DNA of 64,000 nt from NCBI GenBank assembly GCA_013265495.1, contig MU057865.1, positions 372,001 to 436,000 on the forward strand, read 5' to 3'. The notes beneath the pieces were generated by a model. It did not search any database and was not told the origin of the DNA. It saw only the letters and a program-made list of their open reading frames with translations. Both the position numbers and the translations under genes were made by a program. Origin of the DNA: Vicugna vicugna (taxonomy: Eukaryota). Shown here piece after piece: positions 25,000-35,750 of the stretch (position 1 is its first letter; each line of letters opens with the position of its first letter).

Positions 25000-25103
25000 T
25001 TCCTTCCTCCCTCCCTCCCTCCCTCCCTTCCTTCCTTCCTTTCTCTCTTTCTCTCTTTCTCTCTCTCTCTTTCTCTCTTTCTTTCTTTTTTTTTTTTTTT
25101 TTT
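24913..25103 (+). repeat. Compound (TTTC)n/(TTCC)n/(CT)n/poly-T microsatellite
   Basis: Directly visible pure pyrimidine tract of about 190 nt ending in a T run. Confidence 0.95.
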
Positions 25104-25190
25104 GAGTAAAAGTAGATTTATTTAGAGAGATGTACACTCCATAGACAGTATGCAGGCCGTCTCAGAAGGCAAGAGAGAGGGGGGGACCCC
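25104..25190 (-). mobile_element. Retroposed, polyadenylated fragment of an ERV LTR
   Basis: Homologous to the LTR at 32829-33355 ('tttatttagagaga', 'ctccatagacag', 'ccgtctcagaaggcaagagagag'). Minus-strand AATAAA at 25122-25117 is followed 13 nt later by poly(A). Confidence 0.75.
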
Positions 25191-26470
25191 ATTCTGGATT
25201 GTGTCTGTTACCCCATAACAACTTGGTTCTTTGGGAAAAGCCTGGGTTCCCTTGACTCGAGTACTCAGCCCACTTTCTGTCCTTGTTTTCCAGAGAGATG
25301 CACATTCAGGAGGTGGCTGTTTCTTCCCGGTCATGGTTTCTAGCGAACACTGAATTCTGCCCTCCCCCCTCCCTGTGCGTGTGTCGTGGGTTGCCTGGCA
25401 GAAACGGCAGGAGATGTTTTCATGTGCCATCAAGGACATAGAAGCACTGGCTCCCAGCCTCAGGCAGGGACACAGACTTGTCTCCCACCAGCAGAGCGAT
25501 GATGCGTTTCCCCAAAATGTTCCAAGAATGGCCTGGAATGTGACTCGACAAGGTCCGTACGGCCCCATGAATGGCTTCACACTGCACCGGCCAGAAAACA
25601 AACACAACAGTAATTCTTGGATTAGCATGAAAACACTTCCAAAGGGGGCTCAAAGACAGCCTTTTGTCCCTTTCATAAAAGAGACGAGATGAGGTGTGAC
25701 AAATGGTCTGTTGGATGACTTTCTGTGCCAGGCAGAGGTCATTTTGGAAGGGCACCACAGATACAATCAGCTGAATACGGAAGAAATGGACTCAAAGCTA
25801 AAGGACAATGAACATTTCGGGAGGCACGAGGTGAAGTCTAAAGAAGGCAATTTAAATTAAAATAGGAACCTGATGTGGTATGCCTCACATATTTTAAAAA
25901 AACAAGAGTCTTTTGCACTGAGACATGATGGTGTTTGCAGTCAGGAGACATAGATATTCCAGCCTAGGAAGTTCTGGGCTTCATTTTTTAATCCTTAAAA
26001 GAAGGCTAACCGTACCTACCTTGCCTGATTGCTGGGAGAATTAAATGAGACTAGAGGTAGGAAGTAAAGAGGGTTTGACCTGGTGAAGAATTCGCGTGCT
26101 GAGATGCAGATGACGTGGGCTGGCATCCTTTGCCTGTGACTAGATGATAAGGACCAAGTCATTTTGCCTGAATGACCCTCAGATTTTACAAACTTTCTTG
26201 GGCGTGTCTGTGAAACCACACTTTAACAAATTAATTCTTAAGCAAAATCTTTCGACATAAAACAGTGAGACGTGGAGCTGCCCCGTTTGAAGCAGCAGCT
26301 GGGAGAAGCTGTCTGGGCTTCTCCCTACCCCCATCTCCTCCAATCTGTCCTTCTGGAGGCAGCCCTTCCGATTCTGTGCACTGGGGTGTAGTTACTGTTC
26401 GCCTCTGCTAACCTTCTTGGTCTTTCCAGCCTGAGTTGAGAAGGAATTCTTTCAAAACTTTTTGCTAAGT

Positions 26471-26578
26471 ATTAAAAAATGTGCAGTATACTGTTTCCAT
26501 GTATTCACATGCAATATAATGTATATGTGCAGTCGAACTGTAGTAAGTCTACCTAACAAAACTGAAAAAGGAAAAAGA
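26471..26578 (+). mobile_element. Short retroposed 3' tail (L1-associated family, also at about 20130-20208 and 56168-56309)
   Basis: 'gtgcagtatactg...catgcaatataatgtatatgtgcagtcgaactgtagtaagtctacctaacaaaactgaaaaagga', with degenerate flanking repeats aaaact...ctaagt on both sides. Confidence 0.7.
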
Positions 26579-27019
26579 AAAACTTCACTAAGTCTTCTGA
26601 ATCTTCAACAGTTTCAATTCGATAGAGTGGCCAAATTTCCTCATGTTCAATGCTAAGGAGCAAATGGAAAAAATGTAGATCCAGGTGAATGCAAATGGGA
26701 TGACAGAGTGAAATGCCTCCGACTGACTTAGTTCTGCTTCCGAGGGAGCATGGGGTGTAAAAAACACCTCCAGATTCAAAGGCACAAGATCATTACCGTT
26801 GTCAAAAATGCACCTTCATTTATTCACTTTAGAAGAAAGAAGGGGAAGTATTTAAGCGTAAATATCACAGGTAAGGAGTCACTTTGAACGTCAGGTAACC
26901 TAAGTGGTGACCTGAGAGCCAGTCTAAAGTCAACACTGTCACACAACAAACGTGCTTTTCTGACTTTCATTTTCATAGTATATCTTTCATGTTGCCCCCC
27001 TGTTATTTCACATTGATAT

Positions 27020-27020
<1 letters not shown>

Positions 27021-27051
<31 letters not shown>
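27021..27051 (+). repeat. (CA)n microsatellite
   Basis: Directly visible. Confidence 0.95.
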
Positions 27052-27054
<3 letters not shown>

Positions 27055-27324
27055 GACACAGGTTGTCACAGTGAGCCCTCTGTCAGCCTCAGGAGCACAA
27101 AGTCAGCCTCATGAAATCTGAATGAACCTGTCAGAAGTTCTCATAATGTCATGTTACTTCAAAAGCGTTTTCCCTGTGTCTGTCCTGGGATCCGTATGTG
27201 TCTTAATTTATGGAAATTAAATAAACCTTCAAAGATTTGAAGACAGAGAAGAAGAATTACATATTTGGAGCCACTCCAAGATAAATAAACAGCAGCCCCA
27301 TTCATTGCATCATATAAAATGAAT

Positions 27325-27520
27325 GTGTCTTAATCCTGGGCCGTGAGTCCTCATTCGGCCATTCTTTTACTGTGTAATCTTGGGTAATCACTTTGAACCT
27401 GTAACTCAGTCATCCTCATCTATAAAACGGGGATTAATTATACCTTGTAGGGATCAAATAAGACAATATAATGTTTGGTTTTGAAAAGTATAAAAATGCT
27501 AGTCAAGTGTGATTTTTATG
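27325..27520 (+). mobile_element. MIR SINE
   Basis: 'tgtgtaatcttgggtaatcactttgaacctgtaactcagtcatcctcatctataaaacgggg'. Confidence 0.7.
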
Positions 27521-28242
27521 ATTAAAAATATAAAATACAATTATTGTTGTTCTTGGATAATATTTTAAAAAAATAAAGATATAAAAGGAGACCGGTTCCA
27601 CTTTCCGGTAATAACCAGAGAAGCATAAACTCATAACTGGTAATAAATGGAATCATTGATCTTGAGCATCTGTGGGGTTTAATTTACACACAAAAGGGGT
27701 TACCTGAAGTGGCTTAGAATGTCGGCACAACATTCTGTCGTCTGGGAGAGTTCTCTGGGCTCTTTCTTGTTAATTTCTGCTTGGATCGGGAGGACTTTGA
27801 ATTAGTAAATTGGAGCTGTATTCTGCAGCTGCTGTCCTGGCACATCTGGAGGGAGGTTTAGGGCCCCCCTTGGTCTTGAGCTCTCCCAAGCCCCTTGGGG
27901 AATACACGAATAGAAACGGCTTAGCCGCGCTCCAAACAGTGGAAAGGTGCGTGTTTGGAGTTCCTTGTTCCAATCCTCCTTGCAATGCGTCCGCCTTCTC
28001 ATGGCTTGTATTTCCCTTTCTTGGGAGGAGGCAACCTGATAAATTCGTTTACCTTGAAGGGCCTGGAAGTGATTATGAATGCGTGGAGCTGGAGTGAGGT
28101 GGAACCCACCGAAACCGCATGGCTGAGAAAGGAGGACAAGGTGGTGTCTCAAAAGGAAATCAGGGAGCTACCAGGAAGGGGGATGGCTGCTGGGCAGCCT
28201 CACGAAAACACACACTCTCTCTGGTTAGCTTGGTTACAGGAA

Positions 28243-28460
28243 CTCTCTCTTCTTCCTTCCATCCTTCCATCCTCCATCTTTCCATTCTTCCTCCCTCCCT
28301 TCCTTCCTTCCTTCCTCCCTCCCTCCTTCCTTCTTTCTTTTCCTTCCTTCCTTCCTTCCTCCCTCCCTCCTTCTTTCTTCTTTCTTCTCTTTTTTTCTTT
28401 CTTTTCTTTCTTCCTCTCTTTCTTTCTCTCTTCCTTTCTTTCTTTTCTCTCTTTCTCTCT
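28243..28460 (+). repeat. Polypyrimidine (TTCC/TTTC/CT) low-complexity tract
   Basis: Directly visible, about 220 nt almost entirely C/T. Confidence 0.95.
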
Positions 28461-28570
28461 TGTTGCTGGTGCCAATTTGAGCTGGGTTTTCTGTCACGGC
28501 TCCTGAGAAGCAGCATTACAGTCAGGGGCTGTGACAGAAAACCCAGCTCAAATTGGCACCAGCAACAAGA
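28458..28570. repeat. Near-perfect inverted repeat: 49-bp arms with a 15-nt spacer
   Basis: Arm 1 (28458-28506) is the reverse complement of arm 2 (28522-28570) at 47/49 positions. Confidence 0.97.
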
Positions 28571-28599
28571 AAGAAATACAGTCATGAAGGGAGAGTTCG

Positions 28600-28762
28600 A
28601 TCAAGTCGGGAGACGGGGCTCTGATTCTTATGGGTCACTCATGAGCCGATGACCTTGGGCAGTGTCATTTTACTCCTCTGGTTCTGGCTTTCCTTGTTTG
28701 TAAAGTGAGTTTATATATAGAGATTTTTCAAGGTGCCTTCCAGCTCTAAATATTGTAATTAC
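28600..28762 (+). mobile_element. MIR3-type SINE
   Basis: 'tgaccttgggcagtgtcattttactcctctgg...tttccttgtttgtaaagtgag...tcaaggtgccttccagctctaaa', i.e. the core plus the CR1-like tail. Confidence 0.65.
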
Positions 28763-28872
28763 TTAATTTTCTATCTATTGAGTTCTGTAAATGGTGTGCG
28801 GCTTAATTGTGATATGTAGGTTACCGCTCCAAATAACAGGCAGAGGGCAGCACGGCATGAGAGTTGACCACT

Positions 28873-28904
28873 GTGCGCGTGTGTGTGCGCGCGTGTGTGT
28901 GTGT
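28873..28904 (+). repeat. Alternating purine-pyrimidine (TG/CG)n tract, Z-DNA-prone
   Basis: 'tgtgcgcgtgtgtgtgcgcgcgtgtgtgtgtgt'. Confidence 0.85.
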
Positions 28905-29950
28905 CCTTCGTCTGGTTTCTTTTCACCCCCAGCCCGGGAGGGCAGACGTGATCCATTGTCCATGTGCTGTGCAGGTGAATACCTGGCATCTGATTCTTGA
29001 TCATTGTAAGTGATGCTCAGAGCAGGATAACTAAGGTGAGCATAGACTATAGCCGAAAGAGGAATGTCATTGCCAAAAATCTTCCCTCTTTTAATTGCTG
29101 TAAAACGAAAACACCACTCCGTGCTGGAAACGTACATGGAGGGAGTGGACTGCTTTCCCTCTCAAACGGCTTAGATTGTAGCCTCGACCCCAGCGGCGAG
29201 AGGATGGAAGAGACGACCTCTGGGAGTCCTGTCTCAGCCCCTCCATTCTCCACAGTGCTGGCCCTGAAGGAAAAGTGTCACACGTCTTCCCGCATGTCCT
29301 GTCTCACACTGAGTAATGCTACCCCTCTGCCCCCAGCGGCGCGTTTTAATGATAACGGCTGTCTTCAGGGACAGATTGTGACTTGTCTTTTAAAGGAAGA
29401 TGAAATCTATTAAGACAGTGAGGACAGAGAAGAAAAGCTATGTTCCTGAGAGGGGAGCACTAAAGGAGACGGTTCGTTCCTTCCCTGCCCCCCTCGCCCC
29501 TCCATCTCCTTCCCTCTTTGTTAGAAGACAATACCCTTCAACTGCTCTGTTTTGTGTCTGGATTATTGTGGTTGTTGGTGTATAAAATTACTGCTGGTGT
29601 GTACAATTTATAAGCTCTAAAAAATGATAAATAGTCTCAAGTAAGAAGAGTGATTTGTGTTAAAGTCCTCAGGGTACTTTTGTAAAGGAATTTAATTTCT
29701 TGGGGGAAATTGTCTATAACTTCCCGTGGAATGTTAGTTAACTGGTTCATAGCTGGGATTTATTTTCTGCCGTCTTTTTTGTTCTTCTTCTATTATTGGT
29801 TGGGATAGGTTTACCTGGGCAAATAAGACCGTATAGCAAAGCCTTGATGAACTGGGAAGCTTAGAGACATAGGCTAGTCAATTTATTTTTCTTAGCTTTG
29901 TTTCAAACCCATTGTTAAGATCCTTCTGAGTTGATTTTTGCACTGTAGTC

Positions 29951-30176
29951 CACTGGTTCTCAAGTGGGGGCAATTTTGCCACCCAGGGGACATTTGACAA
30001 CGTCTAGGGACACTTTTGCTTGTTGCAACTAGAGGTTGGTAGTGGCATCTAGTGGGTAGAGGTCATGGATGCTGCTATAAATCCTCTGATGCACAGAGCA
30101 GCTACCCTGTCCCCACAACCCCCCCAAAGAATGATCAGGCCCAAAATGTTACTAGTGTCAGGGTTGAAAAATTCTG
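29951..30176 (+). mobile_element. MER20 (hAT-Charlie DNA transposon), full length
   Basis: 'cactggttctcaagtgggggcaattttgccacccaggggacatttgacaa...ggcatctagtgggtagagg...gttgaaaaattctg'. The 8-bp TSD is ctgtagtc (29943-29950) / atgtagtc (30177-30184). Confidence 0.92.
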
Positions 30177-31184
30177 ATGTAGTCAGTAGGCTCCAGGGAA
30201 TGTAATTCAATGTTCTTTTACCAAGGAATTTCTATAGAATCCCATCCTTTTTTCTCAGTGTGAATTCTCATCACCAAGGATGGAGATAGGAAACATGAAC
30301 TTACTGGAATTGACCTAATTGGAATGGATATAGAGCCCAGTGTGGGTTTTTGTTTGTTTGTTTTTGTTTTTGTTTTTTAAGAAATACATGATCACAAATT
30401 TTGCTATCTTTTTTTTTATATTTTCTTAATATTTAACTTACATTGTTTGATTACAATAAAAAGAAATCCTGGCTCATGGATGCCACCAGTGAAATGGATT
30501 TTAGTTATCTGAGGTATTACCACCATAAGGTTCTTGAAAATACTTGTCAACAGAGAATGGTCAAGCAGTGAAATTTATGACCCTAAACGTGTTCTGTGGA
30601 CATTCAGATCAAATTGGGCAAAAGGTATTTAATAGTGGGAGTGGGACCTCAGGGGCAGAGGTCACACTGACTAATGCTCTTTTTACCCTGCCCAGCACTG
30701 AGCCTGGAAGTACGTGTTGAGATTAATGGGTTGACTTGGAAGTGCAGTACGCAGCATCTCCATGTCAGTACTCACCTCTGCACATGTGAACAGCCAGACA
30801 CGCCTTAGACTGGTGTTCAAGATCCTCTACTGATCTTGTCTTGTTACTAATTTCCTAGTTGATTCTTCTGCCCTGCTCACATTTTTGAATCTGGTGTTTC
30901 ATAAACTTGCATGTTCACACACGGCCACATACCCACACTGTTGCTTATGCCAAGTCCTTCTCCAACTGGCCATTAATATTTCAACTATCCTTCAAGAATG
31001 AGATAAAATTCCACCTCTTTTGTGAGCCAACCAGCTAGAAACAGCATTCCCACCTTCTTCCCACCCTCTTTTTCTACCTTCTATGACAAAACGATAACAT
31101 TTATTACTTGTAGGTAAGTTGGCACATAATTTCTGTTTTGTTATTTGCATTTTCCATGTTCAAATTTTTTAAAAAGTGTGTACA

Positions 31185-31400
31185 ATGAATTAGGGGACCT
31201 CAAGTTCCAAACGGACACTGACAAAACTTGTTATCTAACCCAGAGCAAGTTACTTAACTTCTCTGATCCTTAGTTAAAAAATTATAAAATACACAGAATA
31301 ATACTTATTCTACTTCTCTTGCAAGGGAGATTTCAATCAAATGAGATAATGAACACAAAAAGCCCTTTGAAAAATGTAAAGAACTACATAAATGTAAGAC
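31185..31400 (+). mobile_element. MIR SINE
   Basis: 'gcaagttacttaacttctctgatccttagtt...atcaaatgagataatgaacacaaaaagccctttgaaaa'. Confidence 0.7.
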
Positions 31401-32364
31401 ATTTTTCTTGTCATCAATTTACAAAACCACAGTGAACCTCACAGAATGCTGGTGCTGTATGTATTCCGCAAAGCACTTAGCTGTATTCTGCACATAATAA
31501 ATGAATTCACACAAGCAAATTGTTTCCACAGTTAACACAGACTGGCAGGAATAGTAGTTAGAGATGGAGGGTGGGTAAGAGGTTACCACCTGTATTGATA
31601 GAGAAGCTATTAAAAGTGGAATGTGATTTTTTTTAACATCCCAGGACCACGATAGAAATGAATAACATTTTCTGCACTTTATCATTTGTGACCCAGGAAG
31701 GAGAACCCTGAAGGCATGAAAGATCTTAAGATAGATTATGTACGTGCAAAAGGAGACAACATATTCCACTGATTTGGCAATTTCAGTTTCTCCATTAAGA
31801 GTACAAAGTAGGAGATGGGGTCACTTAAGCAAACTGCTCCCCCATTTGTTAAAGCAATTCCCAAGTGCAAATTAACAAGCCTGAATTTACTTCTGTGACT
31901 CAAACTGGCTCAATGTCCGAACATCCCTTCTTGATTGGTGGGGGGAGGGTAGAATTTGATTGAGTGGGTCTGGGGGTGTGGCCTGGGAAGTGGGTAGAGC
32001 TGGCCTTCAGTGGCTCAGCATGAAGACAAGAAAACAATTTCAGAGCCTTTAGTGAAAGCTCCAGGCTAACAAGAATGAGAGATCGGAGTTGGGGAAACAA
32101 GAGTAGAATTAATGGACAATAGCTAATGGCTGGTGGGTGGTAGTCAGCTACATAGAGGTCTGTCAATAGCTGGTAGATATTTTTTGAGGCAAAATCGGAA
32201 GGACTTTAATAAATTGCCTGTGTCTTATCCATCCTCAGTAGTGGGGAGGGTGCTCTTAAGGATTTTCAGCTGTAGCAACATTAAATGAACAATAGACTAA
32301 TTGATTGTCTTAGATCTACATGCAGTTATATCTCTGCCATGTAAATAAAGTATAAAAAAGATAG

Positions 32365-32585
32365 TGAGTGTGAATTTAGTCTCTAAGCTAGACTGATTTT
32401 GTACAATTCCTGTCTCTGCCATGCCGTGACCTTGGACAAATTACTCAGCCTCTCTAAAGCTTTGGTTTTCTCATCTGTAAAGTATGAATAATAGTGCCTA
32501 CTTCACAGTGTACTTGTAAAGATTAAGTGAGATACAGCTGCAGTGCACATTGCACAACGCCTAGGAAAAAAGGGTCCTCAGGAAT
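32365..32585 (+). mobile_element. MIR SINE
   Basis: 'gtgaccttggacaaattactcagcctctctaaagctttggttttctcatctgtaaag...gattaagtgagata'. Confidence 0.85.
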
Positions 32586-32716
32586 CCTGGAGCATCATTA
32601 CTGGATTGTCAGCAAATGGAAACAGCCAATGACTTTCCTGTATCTCTCCCTCTTCTGCCAACCCAGCTACATCTGGCTGTTTAAAGAAATGCTTAGAAAT
32701 GAAGCACTGTAAGAGA

Positions 32717-33492
32717 TTTTTTTTTGTGACTTTATCGAGATGTAATTGACATATAACATGTTGTAAATTTAAGGTGTACAATGTGATCGTTGGACACATA
32801 TTATATACTGTGAAATCTTCACAACAATTGTTGCCAGAGAATAGGTTCTTGCCTTGCACAGGAAAGAATTCAAGAGTGACACGTACTAAAGTGAAAGCAA
32901 GTTTATTTAGAGAGAGACCCTCCATAGACAGAGTGCGGAACATGTCAAAAGGTGAGAGGGAGAGGGATCGAGAGGCGTGTGGCTGCTCAGGTTAAAGTAA
33001 AAGTAGATACACACTCCACAGAGTGTGGTCCGTCTCAGAAGGCAAGAGAGAGAGTGACCATGAGGTGCAGAGTTGTTAGTTTTGGTGGGTTCAATAATCT
33101 CATATGCTAACACGCAGAAGGATTATTCCAACTAGGTTGGGGAAGGGGCAGAGATTTCCAGGAATTGGGCCCCGTCAACTTTTTGACCTTTTATGATCAG
33201 CCTTGACACTGTCATGGTGCCTGTGGGTGCGCCATGAGACTCAAGGTCAACTGGAAGCTGAATCCTCCGCCATCTTGGTTCTAACCAGTTTGTCCTGCCC
33301 TCAACTGCTGTCATTCCTTCAATGGTTGTGTCCTGCCCTCTTCCTTCCTGTCTCACTATGAGGTTAGTTAACACATCCCTTATCCCACATAATCACCGTT
33401 TTGTTGTTCTGGTGAGAACATGAAAGTTCTACTATGAGAGCAACTTTCAAGTGTACAATGTGGTATAGCTAACTGTAATCTCCATGCTGTAA
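32717..33492 (-). mobile_element. Older L1 (L1M-type) 3' end, split by the LTR at 32829-33355
   Basis: 'tttatcgagatgtaattgacatataacatgttgtaaatttaaggtgtacaatgtg...acaacaat' resumes after the LTR as 'gaggttagttaacacatcc...gcaactttcaagtgtacaat'. Confidence 0.8.
32829..33355 (-). mobile_element. Solo ERV1 LTR (LTR39/MER41-like, cetartiodactyl)
   Basis: TG...CA termini ('tgttgccaga'...'cctgtctca'), flanking 4-mers caat/ctat, minus-strand AATAAA at 32907-32902, and nested in an L1. Confidence 0.8.
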
Positions 33493-33519
33493 GGGATTCG
33501 GAGGGCAGCTTGCGCCTTG

Positions 33520-33688
33520 CCGCTCAGAGTGCACCCCATAGACCAGCAGCAATGGCACCTTCTGGGAGCTCCTTAGAAATGTGGAGTTGCATCCTCACCC
33601 AGTCAGGACTACTAAACTGGAATCCCCATCTTAACCAGGGCCCTGATGAATCCTGTGCTGATGAAAGCTTGGGAAGTGGCACTCTAGA
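33520..33688. mobile_element. MER5A-type MITE
   Basis: 'gaccagcagcaatggcaccttctgggagctccttagaaatg...aaagcttgggaagtggcactctaga'. Confidence 0.7.
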
Positions 33689-35529
33689 ACAACGACACAG
33701 ACAGGTTCTTTGAAAGAAAGAAAGGGAAGTTGCATACTTTTGAGCAGTTTGAGATTGACTGGCCCCAGTGTATCGATCAAAAGCAAAATGCTAGGCTAAG
33801 AATGAACATAGCGCAGCGGCCATCACAAACGCAGTGTGTTTATGATAAGATCAGAAGGTTAAGGTTGAGATAATATAATATAGAGAGACATGTTAGAAGA
33901 CTTTGAGAAACAACTGCTTGTTCACCCAGTATCCATGTTCCGGCAGCAAAAATAAAGGAATAAAAAGAGCAGGATAAAGGAATTAGGATCAAGTCATTTA
34001 TTAGGGACAGAAAGAGGTGATAAGAAGGGAAGTTTGGGGGACCAATGGGGGAGACGATTATCAAATGACTATAATGCATGAATTTATTCAGTCAATACTG
34101 TGGTTTCTGCAGTACCAATCATAGAACTTCTATATGCAAAGTAAAGAGCTGGGGACTAGGGATGGGGATGCCCTGAAGAGTGAAGATGATAGAGTCCTTG
34201 TCCTTAAGAGGATACAGTTTTATTTCTGAGATCCTCATACTAATTGACAATGAAGAAGAAAGGTGCCCAGGTTTATCAGGTTTGTTGAATAAGCTGCAGG
34301 TTTTACCCTCCATCGCCTGGAACTTATAGTCACACTGAGTTCCCATCAAGGCTTGGAGACACTTGGAATTTCAAATGAGCAGAGTTGTTTACGCTTTCAT
34401 GAGTGAGGCCCATCACTCCCCCAGGGGTCTGGCTGAGTCCCACTTACAAAGTCAATGCTTCTCACCCGCCCTCACTTTGCGATTCCTTTTCAGCACTGGA
34501 GCAGAGATCACGACAGATGATATATGCTGGGGGGAAGTGGGTGAGGGTGCAGAACAGGACTGGCCCCATACCGACAGTTATTGAAGCTAGGTGATGGCTA
34601 GAGGAGGGTTTATTTTTACTATATTTACTACATGTACTTGAAAATTTCCATGAACTAAAAGATAAAGAGAATACTTATTTTTATTTTTCATTCTCACAGC
34701 TCAGTTTGGGCTCATATCATTTTCAAAGCCTTGTAACTGATCTACCTCCCTCCCTCCCCCTCTTCAATGCAGTTCTCTCTGCTCATTCCTTCCAGGTTAA
34801 GGATTCTTAAGGAACCTTTTTAAAAATCATTTTGTCTGAAGGATGAAGCTAAAGGATGAAGCTAAATAGTTCAGGGTCTCCAAAACATAACTCCCAGCTC
34901 TGCTTGCAGTCTCTCCATCTGACCCACCTTTATTCTCTTATAAGAACCATCCGCAACCACACTGACCTATCCATTGGCCTCTTTAGCTCTGATGTAAGTC
35001 TTTGATGCATTCTGCTAGATTTTGAGCCCTGCCTCATATAGTGGTGTGCAAATGTCTTCCACTTTTTTTGGTCTCTCCTTTTAGGTTTACACCAAATTTT
35101 TTATTAGAGTAGATGCTCGCCAAATATTTATTGATTGACTGGTGGACATTTGCCTGCTCAATAATACAGTGGTCAAAACATTGACTTAAAACAGCCACTC
35201 ATTAGGCATAAACAATATTTTTTTCTGATAACTTGAATTTTTTTTTGATAATCTTTTATTTTTTTTCAGAGGCTTAATGAAAGCTCCATACTTGTGATAT
35301 GTACTGCTTACTCCAGTTGGCACTTAATGACGTTCTTTTATATTAAAAAAAATTTGGCATGCATGTCTTGTGTTTCCAACTAGATGGCAAGCTCTTAAGA
35401 GGGCGGGGCAGTGACATTTTGGGCAGTTCCTCTAACATCTAGCATATTGTATTTGTATATTGAGTTCAAATACTTGTAGAACTGAATGGATACACATTTA
35501 AAAGAAAACAATTTAATGTTTGACTGGCT

Positions 35530-35750
35530 TATAATAAGGGCTTCATTGATTATTTGCTGTCTGTCAGGTACTAAGGGTTTTACTTATAAGGTCTCATGTA
35601 AGTCTCTTAATGATACCGTGATGTCATTGCTCTCATCCCCACTCTACAGATGGTAATATGGGGGTTCAGAAAAGTCAAGTGACTTTCTTAGGATCACACC
35701 GCTCATCAGTGAGATTCAAAGACGTCTGTCAGCTATGCTACTCCCTCTTC
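35530..35750 (-). mobile_element. MIR SINE
   Basis: 'ctcatccccactctacagatggtaatatgggggttcagaaaagtcaagtgactttcttaggatcacac'. Confidence 0.7.

Noticed and set aside
24865..25137. ORFs rich in F/L/S or K/E/R
   Set aside because: Translations of the (TTTC)n microsatellite; not coding.
25122..25758. Overlapping ORFs of 105-168 aa
   Set aside because: No recognisable domain, alternative start codons, no convincing exon boundaries; lengths are compatible with chance.
27955..28652. Longest ORFs in the window (up to 183 aa) on both strands
   Set aside because: Kept open by the stop-free polypyrimidine tract. The shared 'FLSCCWCQFELGFLS' on both strands is a product of the inverted repeat.
34489..34505. 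Second RE1-like sequence 'ttcagcactggagcag'
   Set aside because: Only a partial left half-site; the spacing and the right half do not fit.
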